Virus record (IMG/VR): IMGVR_UViG_3300037313_000433
Span: 1 to 54,477 of that record
Source of the DNA: a virus
Direction: 5' to 3' (one strand)
DNA: 54,477 nt
Below, piece after piece: positions 34,032 to 41,684 of this stretch. The first letter of the stretch is position 1; each line of letters starts with the position of its first letter. The notes under the pieces were generated by a model. That model did no database searches. It worked only from the letters and a program-made list of their open reading frames with translations, and was not told the DNA's origin. The position numbers and the translations under genes were made by a program.

Positions 34032-35569
34032 GCTGCGTCATCCCTTTCGGCCATGATCTCCTCGACCATCTGAATCCGCCGCCCTATCCAACGCATAACG
34101 TTGACGGCCATAGAATTCCCCAAGGCTTTGTACTGAGGGCCATCGGGGGATTCAGGCTTGCCGCGCCAAGGGATGTTGCAGAAGCCGTCCCTGAAGCCCT
34201 GTAGGCGGTGGCACTCTGTCGGCGTAAGACGGCGGACTGCCCACGCTGATTGAATCGCTTGGACTTCCTGTCTTGCCTCCAAAGTGTAGGCGATACCCTC
34301 TTGAACGCCGACGCCATCAGGGCCGCTCTCCGGGTTCTCTCGCAGCGCTCCAGCCTGAATGGCGATCGCCCCAACGCCTATTCCAGCGCGGCCACCGTTC
34401 GGCGTGAGAACAGCATTGGCCGTGCCGTCCTGTCGCCATTCGAGATCAGGCTCGCCATTGCGGCCACGGATGGCGAGTGTCATAGGATAGGCGACAGCCT
34501 GCCCGCGCTCACTAACGGTGAATGCAGGATCGCCTATTTCGCCGACACCGACTCCTGGCGCTCCACCAGAGCCAGACGATCGAACATTCGTGATCTTCTC
34601 ACCGCGGCTGGCTTGGCGCATATCGATTGGCACTATAGGCGTTCCCCGCCCCGTGCCGTCCTCACTGGCGTCGAATCCTTCGCCTCGCAGGCTGTGTGCG
34701 ACGAAGGTCTCACTCTCGAAATCCATCCTCCCAGCCGGACCACCATGAGCGTTTACTGCTGTAGCTACGTCAATTGGGCCTCTTGTGTTGTTGCCACCGA
34801 AAGGCAACAGTCCGCCGTCGAGGTCGAAATCGGTTCCGAGTCCGCCACCGCCTGTAGGGCGCGAGCTAATTGTGGGGGCAACGTCTTTCCCCGCTTCTCG
34901 GCGCGGCGGAGAATCCCCGCGCATGCCTTCGCGCTCAAGTAATACCGCTGCGGCACGTCGCCAGTCTCCAAGATATCCGACAACGAACACACGCCGTCGT
35001 CTCTGAGGGACAGCCCGCCCAAATCCGTCCACTCGGATATATTGAGCGTCAAGCACTCGCCATGCGAGGCCGTATGCGCCTTGGTAGCCTGGGACAACTC
35101 CCGCATTCCGCCATCCATCGTGAGGGACTTCAACCCTTCTCCCGGAGAGCAATCCCAGAAGGCTTGCAAATCCTCGTCCTCCATCGTCCGAAAGGACGCC
35201 GGGGACGTTTTCCCAGACCACCCACGAGGGGCGATATCGTTGAGCAATGGCACCAAAGGTGAGCATGAGGTTGCCACGCGGGTCATCCAGTCCCTTGCGG
35301 AGGCCGGCGACCGAGAAGGATTGGCAGGGCGTTCCTCCGACAAGAAGGTCAATTGCATAGTCTGGCCACTCCTCGAATTTGGTCATGTCGCCAAGGTTGG
35401 GGACGCCGTTCGATGACGGCTCCTCCCCTGGCATGTTGCTGCCGTAGTGGTGCGCAAGCACGGCGGAGGGGAATTTCTCGATCTCGCTGAAGAAGGCCGG
35501 TGACCAGCCGAGCGGATGCCAAGCATGCGTTGCCGCCTCGATGCCAGAACAGACGGAACCGTACATCAT
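34028..35569 (-). CDS. dcm: DNA (cytosine-5)-methyltransferase
   Basis: Motif I GSVCSGIEA, IV GGTPCQSFS, VI ENVPG, VIII PQRRRRVFVVG, IX/X LQGF...ALGNSMAVNV. Start MMYGS is ATGA-coupled to the upstream regulator; the longer 627-aa ORF extension is rejected. Confidence 0.9.
   Translation of the reverse strand: MMYGSVCSGIEAATHAWHPLGWSPAFFSEIEKFPSAVLAHHYGSNMPGEEPSSNGVPNLGDMTKFEEWPDYAIDLLVGGTPCQSFSVAGLRKGLDDPRGNLMLTFGAIAQRYRPSWVVWENVPGVLSDDGGRGFASLLGLLSGRRVEVPHDGWRNAGVVPGYQGAYGLAWRVLDAQYIRVDGFGRAVPQRRRRVFVVGYLGDWRRAAAVLLEREGMRGDSPPRREAGKDVAPTISSRPTGGGGLGTDFDLDGGLLPFGGNNTRGPIDVATAVNAHGGPAGRMDFESETFVAHSLRGEGFDASEDGTGRGTPIVPIDMRQASRGEKITNVRSSGSGGAPGVGVGEIGDPAFTVSERGQAVAYPMTLAIRGRNGEPDLEWRQDGTANAVLTPNGGRAGIGVGAIAIQAGALRENPESGPDGVGVQEGIAYTLEARQEVQAIQSAWAVRRLTPTECHRLQGFRDGFCNIPWRGKPESPDGPQYKALGNSMAVNVMRWIGRRIQMVEEIMAERDDAA
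34765..35358 (-). CDS. candidate overlapping gene: 197-codon alternative-frame ORF nested in the methyltransferase gene
   Basis: Same strand, shifted one base; balanced protein-like composition; GAGGAG 10 nt upstream of the ATG; see findings. Confidence 0.3.
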   Translation of the reverse strand: MQLTFLSEERPANPSRSPASARDWMTRVATSCSPLVPLLNDIAPRGWSGKTSPASFRTMEDEDLQAFWDCSPGEGLKSLTMDGGMRELSQATKAHTASHGECLTLNISEWTDLGGLSLRDDGVCSLSDILETGDVPQRYYLSAKACAGILRRAEKRGKTLPPQLARALQAVADSEPISTSTADCCLSVATTQEAQLT

Positions 35570-35874
35570 CCTGCTTTCCTCACCAGCCGATAGCCGAGAA
35601 ACCGCTCCCATGTGATTTCCCACCCGAGCGGCTCTATCTTCTTGCGGATGTGCGTCAGGCTCGACTGCACACAGTTCCTTGCGCTCTCCGGGCCGCCGTC
35701 CGGGTGGTCTCGATAGACAGAGTCCACGATCTGGTCGTTCGAGACCAAAGCGCCCTTGGCTTCCATCAGCCGCAACAGGACTGAGCGCTGAAGCGCGCTT
35801 AGCTTTACGCATGCGAGTTCCGGCGCGTATGGCGATGTCGAGTGCTGGTAGCCGCAGTTGGGGCAGATGGTCAT
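35566..35874 (-). CDS. Zn-ribbon + OmpR/PhoB-type winged-helix DNA-binding protein
   Basis: CPNCGY... then LSALQRSVLLRLMEAKGALVSNDQIVDSVY...VQSSLTHIRKKIEPLGWEI...GYRLV. Confidence 0.65.
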   Translation of the reverse strand: MTICPNCGYQHSTSPYAPELACVKLSALQRSVLLRLMEAKGALVSNDQIVDSVYRDHPDGGPESARNCVQSSLTHIRKKIEPLGWEITWERFLGYRLVRKAG

Positions 35875-37322
35875 CAGAACAACTCCCGTTCCTGGTGCCG
35901 GCGGGAGACATACCGGGTGTAAAGTGCCTCGAACTTTAGCTCCTCGCGCAAGGAAGGGTCACCGAAGCGTGACTTTACGACTCCGACCTCTGCAATGTCC
36001 TTCCACTGCTCCTCGGCGCCGAAGACCTTGTTGATGCGCTTCCAATCTTGATCGGAGGCGGCTATCGCGGCGCGCTCCTCGCGGTATTTCTCCGGTCGGT
36101 AAAGCCACAGGATCGCGTCATAGTCGGCCTTGGCCCCTTCCCCACCATATAGGTCTCGAGCGATCGGCCGCGGGTTGTCCCGCTTAGTCCCCTCGCTATT
36201 GCGCTGGTTCAGGATCATGACCGCAGACGAGGTTTCATCGGCGAAGGATTTGAGCTCTACCGTCACGTCACCCGAGATGCGGTCGGCCGAAAGCTTCGGA
36301 TCGCGCGGCTTCACCTTGCCAATATGGTCGATCACGATCAGCGGTGTCTTGCCGTTGCCGTAGCGCTTCACGAAGCGGCGCCCGTAGGCGACCAGCTGGG
36401 AAACGCCTTCCCGCTGGCAGCGGATAATTTCGAGCGGCCGGTGGTTCACCCACATCGCGAAATCCAGGCACTTGTTCTGCTCTTCAGGCTTCAGGAACTT
36501 TTGCGGGTCACGCTGCCGGCGAACTTCGATTCCGTGGACCTGGGCAATCATCTGCCGCACGCATTGGCCCGCAGACTGGTCATAGGAGAGGAACAGAACC
36601 GGGTGGCCACAATATACCGCATGATAGATGATCTGCATTGTGAGGCTCGTCTTGCCCTCGCCGGAGCTCGACAGGAAGCCGTAGAGATTGCCGGCCTCGA
36701 ACACAGGCTCGGATAGCACCTTGGCTATTTCAGGCAGGCAGATCGGGACACCGGCAACGCCATCCTTGGCGATCGAGCCCTCGAACATTTTCAGATAAGC
36801 GTCGCCGGCTGAAACCCGCGAGGCGTCACCGGTGCGCTCCGTTCTGATCTCCGCGAGCTGATCCTCAACTGATTTGATATCGTCCGGGATTTCGAGTTCG
36901 TGCTCAAAGGCGATGTCGATCAGCCTGTTTCCGTTCTGGATGAGCCGGCGGCGGTCGGCGCCATCCATGATGGCTGATACCAGCCCTGCCGCGCCTGCTG
37001 GCCCTACCGCCTCGCGCAGCATGGCAGCAAGGTATTGGCCGAAGGTCAATCCCCCGATTGTATCTGGAGCTCCTGGTAGAGCCGTCTTGACCGAAAGAGG
37101 GTTAACCAGTTTGCCGGAAGCGTGCAGCCGTTTCATTTCCCGGAACAGCGCGGCGTGAAAGTCGTCCTCGAAATGCCGGTCATCGAATTCTGTCGGCAGT
37201 TCATCGAGCAAACCGTTGTGCATCATCAGGCAGCCGAGCAGGTTCTGCTCATTCTCTGTCTGTGACGGCAACTCTCGGCGGATCGGCGCCGGATTATCCC
37301 GTGCTGCTGCCATGGCGGTCAT
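35874..37322 (-). CDS. dnaB: replicative DNA helicase (DnaB family)
   Basis: DnaB N-terminal ENEQNLLGCLMMHNGLLDEL; Walker A SSSGEGKTS; internal ATG chosen after the upstream stop. Confidence 0.8.
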   Translation of the reverse strand: MTAMAAARDNPAPIRRELPSQTENEQNLLGCLMMHNGLLDELPTEFDDRHFEDDFHAALFREMKRLHASGKLVNPLSVKTALPGAPDTIGGLTFGQYLAAMLREAVGPAGAAGLVSAIMDGADRRRLIQNGNRLIDIAFEHELEIPDDIKSVEDQLAEIRTERTGDASRVSAGDAYLKMFEGSIAKDGVAGVPICLPEIAKVLSEPVFEAGNLYGFLSSSGEGKTSLTMQIIYHAVYCGHPVLFLSYDQSAGQCVRQMIAQVHGIEVRRQRDPQKFLKPEEQNKCLDFAMWVNHRPLEIIRCQREGVSQLVAYGRRFVKRYGNGKTPLIVIDHIGKVKPRDPKLSADRISGDVTVELKSFADETSSAVMILNQRNSEGTKRDNPRPIARDLYGGEGAKADYDAILWLYRPEKYREERAAIAASDQDWKRINKVFGAEEQWKDIAEVGVVKSRFGDPSLREELKFEALYTRYVSRRHQERELF

Positions 37323-37339
37323 TCGTTTGTCGTGGGCGT

Positions 37340-38092
37340 TCACCGGTAATCCTCCGCGCGTTCGAGTTGCTTGCGGCACGGCGGGATCCAGACCAGTTTC
37401 GTCCCTGGCACGTCTCTCATCCACACCAGCCAGCAATAGGCCGTGGCCGTGGAGCCGTCAGCGGTCAGCCGGCCTTTGACCATTGGGACGCGCTCGGTGA
37501 ATTGGGCGACGATGTTGGGAGGATCGACGGAGAAAAGGTTTTGGTAGCGCCCGACGCCTTCCAGAAAGGATGTTCGGACAATCATGGCCACGCCAACCTT
37601 AGCGATCTCGCGGGCTCGGGCGATGAACTGTTCAGCGAGCCGAAATGGCGGGTTGCTGATAATCCAGTCGACACCTTGGGCGGCGATGCATGGCGACTCG
37701 GATCCTGGCCAAAGGAAATCGATCACGCGCTCCTGGCCATCATATTCAGCGCTGTAATCGAAGATGTCGGAGGTGAAGACCCGTCCGAAGTATTCCGCCA
37801 ACGGCCTGGCCATATGACCGCGGTTGCAAGCTGGCTCCCAGACCTTCAGACCTTCGATGGGGAATTTCGGCGGGATGATTGCACCGTTGGGGCAGACGAT
37901 GTCTCTGGTGAGCTGCTGGTGGCGATAAAGCACGGTGTCGGGGCAGGATTGATTCCAGTCAGGTTTGCCGAGCCGGAAGATCACATGCTCGCACAACGCC
38001 CGCGTCGCCCATGGCTGCGTCGGAAAATCATCCAGGCTGTCGTGCGGCTCGACACGCTGCGCCATGACTGCGCTCGAGGTGTTCTGTGCCAT
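37340..38092 (-). CDS. DNA methyltransferase, amino-methyltransferase type (NPPF motif; N6-adenine or N4-cytosine)
   Basis: VWEPACNRGHM (SAM-binding-like) and DWIISNPPF catalytic motif. Confidence 0.7.
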   Translation of the reverse strand: MAQNTSSAVMAQRVEPHDSLDDFPTQPWATRALCEHVIFRLGKPDWNQSCPDTVLYRHQQLTRDIVCPNGAIIPPKFPIEGLKVWEPACNRGHMARPLAEYFGRVFTSDIFDYSAEYDGQERVIDFLWPGSESPCIAAQGVDWIISNPPFRLAEQFIARAREIAKVGVAMIVRTSFLEGVGRYQNLFSVDPPNIVAQFTERVPMVKGRLTADGSTATAYCWLVWMRDVPGTKLVWIPPCRKQLERAEDYR

Positions 38093-38093
38093 C

Positions 38094-38231
38094 CTACGCC
38101 GCCCTCTTCTTCTCGGAGGGCGTGACTGGCGCGGCGACAGGCTTTGTCGGCCGATCGCACTTGTTGCACCAGTTTTCGATTTCTTCGGCAGGGCCAAGGG
38201 GCTTCTGGCAATGTTCGCAGTGGAACGTCAT
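38094..38231 (-). CDS. 45-aa zinc-ribbon protein
   Basis: MTFHCEHCQKPLGPAEEIENWCNKCDRP; ATGA overlap with the resolvase stop. Confidence 0.45.
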   Translation of the reverse strand: MTFHCEHCQKPLGPAEEIENWCNKCDRPTKPVAAPVTPSEKKRAA

Positions 38232-38911
38232 GCGGCGGTCCTTTCGTCCTTGGAATTGGGGCGCTGCAGCAGTTCGATGTAGCGGTCGAAGGCGCGCTTC
38301 TCGGGGATGTTGATCCGCTTGTGGCAGCGCCACATCATCGCGATCAGTGCCGCTTCGGCCGCGTTGTGGGAGATTTCTTTTTTCGCCGGCAGAGAGATGC
38401 CAAGGCTCTCGCACTTCTCTACCGCGATATCGCCCCAGTCCTTCGACTTGAACAGCGGCTTGCCGGTTTTCTTGTCGCGTTTCTGATTGCGCTGCCGGTC
38501 GAGATCTGGGATGAGCGGCGGCTTGTAGCCTTCGCCATATGCGGCGGCGCGCCAGGACTGCACCGGGATCGTGCCGAACAGAACGCCCATGGTGCAGCAA
38601 TGGCTGTAGATTGCCCCGTGGATGGCGTTGGACATCGCGAAGCCTCCGTCGCCCGTCTTGGAGAAGCGAAGCCGCTCCTCGACCAGCACTAGGTCAGGCT
38701 TGAACTCTTTCATGAGCTTGTAGATCTTGGGGCCGACCTGGGCGACCCGCCAATCATCCCAGTGGTAATCGGTCTTGCCGGTGTTCGGCAGCTTCCTGGC
38801 TTCGGGAAGCTCGATCACGCCAGCGGTGATCGCTGAGACATGGGCGCTGCTATCCCAGAATCCGTAGCCGGTGCAGGTGGACACATCTAAGCCGAGGACG
38901 CGGACGCTCAT
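38228..38911 (-). CDS. RuvC-like Holliday junction resolvase
   Basis: VLGLDVSTCTGYGFW, DLVLVEE, HNAAEAALIA match the RuvC-fold acidic motif pattern. Confidence 0.65.
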   Translation of the reverse strand: MSVRVLGLDVSTCTGYGFWDSSAHVSAITAGVIELPEARKLPNTGKTDYHWDDWRVAQVGPKIYKLMKEFKPDLVLVEERLRFSKTGDGGFAMSNAIHGAIYSHCCTMGVLFGTIPVQSWRAAAYGEGYKPPLIPDLDRQRNQKRDKKTGKPLFKSKDWGDIAVEKCESLGISLPAKKEISHNAAEAALIAMMWRCHKRINIPEKRAFDRYIELLQRPNSKDERTAA

Positions 38912-39258
38912 GGGCCGCACTCCCTAGGGATAAGACGGTACGAACCTTTGTTGCCTGTCCCGCCGCGATTGCTTCCGACAACATCCCAACCAAACTTGGA
39001 CACCGATTTGCGCAAGCGTCCGATTTGGACCGAAATGATGTTGTCGCTGTAGTCCGGGCCGCCATCGTATCGGTCGCCATAAAGGGCGAACATGATCGAG
39101 TCCCGCGGCACATTTCTGCCGACCTTCTTCGCCAGTAGATCGAAAATCGTCCTCTGCTGGCCGTGCGGCAAAAACTCCGCCACGTGCTCAGGCGCGGCCG
39201 CCTCTCCGATATACCCGCCACAGCATGGGCAGGTGAAAGCCTGTCTCTGATTGAGCAT
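38908..39258 (-). CDS. Zn-ribbon + OmpR/PhoB-type winged-helix DNA-binding protein (paralog of 35566..35874)
   Basis: FTCPCCGG... QRTIFDLLAKKVGRNVPRDSIMFALYGDRYDGGP...SVQIGRLRKSVSKFGWDVV...SYRLI. Confidence 0.6.
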   Translation of the reverse strand: MLNQRQAFTCPCCGGYIGEAAAPEHVAEFLPHGQQRTIFDLLAKKVGRNVPRDSIMFALYGDRYDGGPDYSDNIISVQIGRLRKSVSKFGWDVVGSNRGGTGNKGSYRLIPRECGP

Positions 39259-39270
39259 TTCGCATCCGCC

Positions 39271-39298
39271 ATTCAAAAGCCGGCCTTCACTCCGGCTT
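39271..39298 (-). terminator. candidate intrinsic terminator (second of a tandem pair)
   Basis: Minus strand reads AAGCCGG AGTGAAGG CCGGCTT TTGAAT. Confidence 0.4.
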
Positions 39299-39331
39299 GG
39301 GAAGAAAGAGCCTCCCGACCGAAGCCGGGAG
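39299..39331 (-). terminator. candidate intrinsic terminator with UUCG tetraloop
   Basis: Minus strand reads CTCCCGGC TTCG GTCGGGAG then GCTCTTTCTTCC. Confidence 0.5.
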
Positions 39332-39380
39332 GAGTTTGGGCCGCGAGCACGATGAGGAGGGTAGCGGCCCGAGGGAGCGG

Positions 39381-39923
39381 TTAAGCGGCGTCCGCGAAGG
39401 GGTCGTCGCCATCGGTCGACGGCGGAGGCTCTTCGTTCGTGCGCCTGGAATTGCTCTTGGTCATCGCCGCTTCGAGATTGTCGCGCATGATCGCTTGACC
39501 TCGGTCGTAACCGCGCTTCCATGCCTTGTCGTCGGCGGAATCAGGGGCGTAATCCGAGAACCGATCCTTGCCCGCCAAGCCGGCAATCTCGCCCTGCCCT
39601 TCGATCTTCTCGTCACGCGGCGCGCGGTCGGCGAACAGGTCTTCGTTGTAGGACGGGATGATGTTCAGCCATTCCATGATCTTCAGCTGGTCGTTGACCT
39701 TCTGGGTGATCGTGGCCTTGTCCTCGGCGTCGAGCGCCTTTTCGGCGAAGTCGATGCGGGAGAGCGCGATATTGTCGGCTTGGGCGAGCTTGCGGTCCTG
39801 CTTGCGCTGCGCCTGCAGTTCCTGGAGCTTTGCCTTCGTCGCCATGTCCTTGCGGACGTGGTAGAAGAAGAGCGCCTTCTCCTCGGCCGGTGTGAGCGCG
39901 CTATTGTGGCCTACCTCTGCCAT
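39381..39923 (-). CDS. hypothetical protein (180 aa)
   Basis: Strong AAGGAGAA RBS before ATG 39923 (MAEVGHNSALTP...). Confidence 0.55.
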   Translation of the reverse strand: MAEVGHNSALTPAEEKALFFYHVRKDMATKAKLQELQAQRKQDRKLAQADNIALSRIDFAEKALDAEDKATITQKVNDQLKIMEWLNIIPSYNEDLFADRAPRDEKIEGQGEIAGLAGKDRFSDYAPDSADDKAWKRGYDRGQAIMRDNLEAAMTKSNSRRTNEEPPPSTDGDDPFADAA

Positions 39924-40004
39924 GCCATTCTCCTTTAGTTGTCGGAGAAATCCGACGGTTTTGGTCAAAGAAAAAGGACGCCGCCTCAGGCGTCCTCACG
40001 AAGC

Positions 40005-40379
40005 TCAGGGGCGATCCAGAGCGCGAACGAACGCGCGGAACGCATCAACGAACGGGCGATGGAAATCCGGATCCGGGCCGTCCAAGAGAGCGTCCGCCTT
40101 GGCGATGAGTTCATCGATGCTGCGGACCTCTGCGCGTCCATATTTGACATCTGCTGTTTCCTCGATGACCCGCATTTCGTCGACGTCGATGGACACGCGC
40201 GGGTCGGCGTACCAGACGTCCTTGGTTCTGCTGACGGACCATCCGAGCTTTCTGGCGGCGTATCTGATCCGTGCTTTGACTGTCGGCGCGCAACCCGCTG
40301 GCGCGATCCGGGTCTGTAAAGTTTTCGATGCGAAAGCGACGCTCAACATTTCGGATTTTCCCACTTTCATTTCGGACAT
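40005..40379 (-). CDS. hypothetical protein (124 aa)
   Basis: ORF in operon context. Confidence 0.5.
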   Translation of the reverse strand: MSEMKVGKSEMLSVAFASKTLQTRIAPAGCAPTVKARIRYAARKLGWSVSRTKDVWYADPRVSIDVDEMRVIEETADVKYGRAEVRSIDELIAKADALLDGPDPDFHRPFVDAFRAFVRALDRP

Positions 40380-40627
40380 CTTCGAAGCCTTCTGTGCGAT
40401 TGATTGATCGTCACACAGGGCCTCGATGGTGAAGAAAGGAGCCGTTTGCCCTACCCCTTTCGAGTTTGCCGGTCCCGAGAAAGGGGCCGGCGGTAGTCAC
40501 TGGCAGGCGGCCCAGCCGGGAAGCATCCGGCCGCCACGCCAAATTCAAATTCATCTGCCAAAGACCAGCCAGATCACGAAGATCAGGAAAGCAGTGTCGA
40601 CAGCATGAGAAAGAGCATCTCCAATGG

Positions 40628-40816
40628 TCACAGAGCGATCTCCGCCAACCGGCGCTCATTGTCGCGCGCTGCGTCCAAGCTGTTGTAGACGGTCGCCTCC
40701 GAGAGGCCCTTGGCCTGTGCAATCTGTTCGGTGTCCCAGCCCATGCGAAAGAGCTTCAGAGCCGGTAGTGTGGAGAGGACCAACGGAATGCCATCAGCTT
40801 TGCGTTTCGCGCTCAT
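40628..40816 (-). CDS. small helix-turn-helix protein (LuxR/sigma-70 region 4-like)
   Basis: GWDTEQIAQAKGLSEATVYNSL. Confidence 0.5.
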   Translation of the reverse strand: MSAKRKADGIPLVLSTLPALKLFRMGWDTEQIAQAKGLSEATVYNSLDAARDNERRLAEIAL

Positions 40817-41004
40817 GGTGCCTGCCTTTCTCTGCTGCGGAGGACGGCGTTGAAATCGCCTTCGGCGGCACCTGCATCGTCCGTGGCGTCCTTGATCACG
40901 TTGCCGTGCTCATCGCATTCCGGAGCGTTGTAGATTTCATATGCGAGCCAGCCGCCGAAGCAGATCAACACGACCGGAAAGGTGACGAGAAATGCATAAA
41001 GCAT
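40813..41004 (-). CDS. 63-aa membrane protein
   Basis: N-terminal TM MLYAFLVTFPVVLICFGGWLAY; ATGA-coupled. Confidence 0.45.
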   Translation of the reverse strand: MLYAFLVTFPVVLICFGGWLAYEIYNAPECDEHGNVIKDATDDAGAAEGDFNAVLRSRERQAP

Positions 41005-41270
41005 CAGACGATCTCCTCGCCCGAAAGCTGACGATCGGCGACAGCCGCCTTCACGAAGGCCTCGACATCGGCAACGGTATTCCAGTCGTCAGAAGCGCCG
41101 GTTGGAATTTCGATGTTGAAAGCTTCTTCCAGCGCCATCTCCAGTTCGACATAATCGAGACTGTCGAGCGTCAGATCTTCGTTAAGTGCGGCTTCTGGCG
41201 TTACCGCGTCGACGCCGACGAAATCGAAGGTGCAGAGAATGATTTCCTTGAGTTTGCCGAAGGTGGTCAT
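41004..41270 (-). CDS. acyl carrier protein-like (phosphopantetheine attachment motif DSL)
   Basis: LNEDLTLDSLDYVELEMALEEAFNIEIP matches the ACP helix II region including the Ser attachment site. Confidence 0.7.
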   Translation of the reverse strand: MTTFGKLKEIILCTFDFVGVDAVTPEAALNEDLTLDSLDYVELEMALEEAFNIEIPTGASDDWNTVADVEAFVKAAVADRQLSGEEIV

Positions 41271-41486
41271 CTATTCCTCCCCTGCTTTTGCAGCGAGAGC
41301 GGTGGAGATGGCGGAACGGAGAGCGGTAATAGATTCGCCCCCTTCGTCAGCTATCGGCGTGAAATCGCTCAAGTCGCCGTCACTGGAGACGAAACTGGCT
41401 TCCCAGCGCCCTACTTGCCTGTGGGCAGCGCAGACACGTTCTATCGCCTTCTCTACTTCCTCTGGGAGGGGGTGTTCGGGGGTCAT
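41271..41486 (-). CDS. hypothetical protein (71 aa)
   Basis: Abuts the ACP gene. Confidence 0.45.
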   Translation of the reverse strand: MTPEHPLPEEVEKAIERVCAAHRQVGRWEASFVSSDGDLSDFTPIADEGGESITALRSAISTALAAKAGEE

Positions 41487-41489
41487 GGG

Positions 41490-41684
41490 TCAGGAATCCT
41501 TCAACCAAGCGACGGCGAGCATATGCGTCTTGCCCATCATTTGGATCGACTTGACGTAGCGACGGCCAGCCGTGACGATCAGGTAGTCATTGTCGACAAT
41601 CTTCTCTTCCAAGACCTTTCCAGTCTCAGGATCGGATACTGTGACCTTGATGGGGCCTTTGCCCTCCTCGCTGATGTCGCTCAT
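41490..41684 (-). CDS. hypothetical protein (64 aa); paralog of 49858..50055
   Basis: About 89% nucleotide identity over 161 nt to the plus-strand copy, with mostly synonymous differences. Confidence 0.6.
   Translation of the reverse strand: MSDISEEGKGPIKVTVSDPETGKVLEEKIVDNDYLIVTAGRRYVKSIQMMGKTHMLAVAWLKDS

Noticed and set aside
35570-35911. N-terminal extension of the methyltransferase ORF to 627 aa
   Set aside because: The extension overlaps the well-supported winged-helix gene in another frame and is Arg/Pro-rich. The MMYGSVCSGIE start gives motif I at the normal distance and an ATGA junction.
40411-40722. 103-aa minus-strand ORF and two GC-rich hairpins in the 250-bp gap (40380-40627)
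   Set aside because: The ORF product is Arg/Trp/Cys-rich junk. The hairpins (40454-40486, 40506-40535) lack U-runs on either strand, so no terminator or ncRNA is called. The gap remains unexplained.
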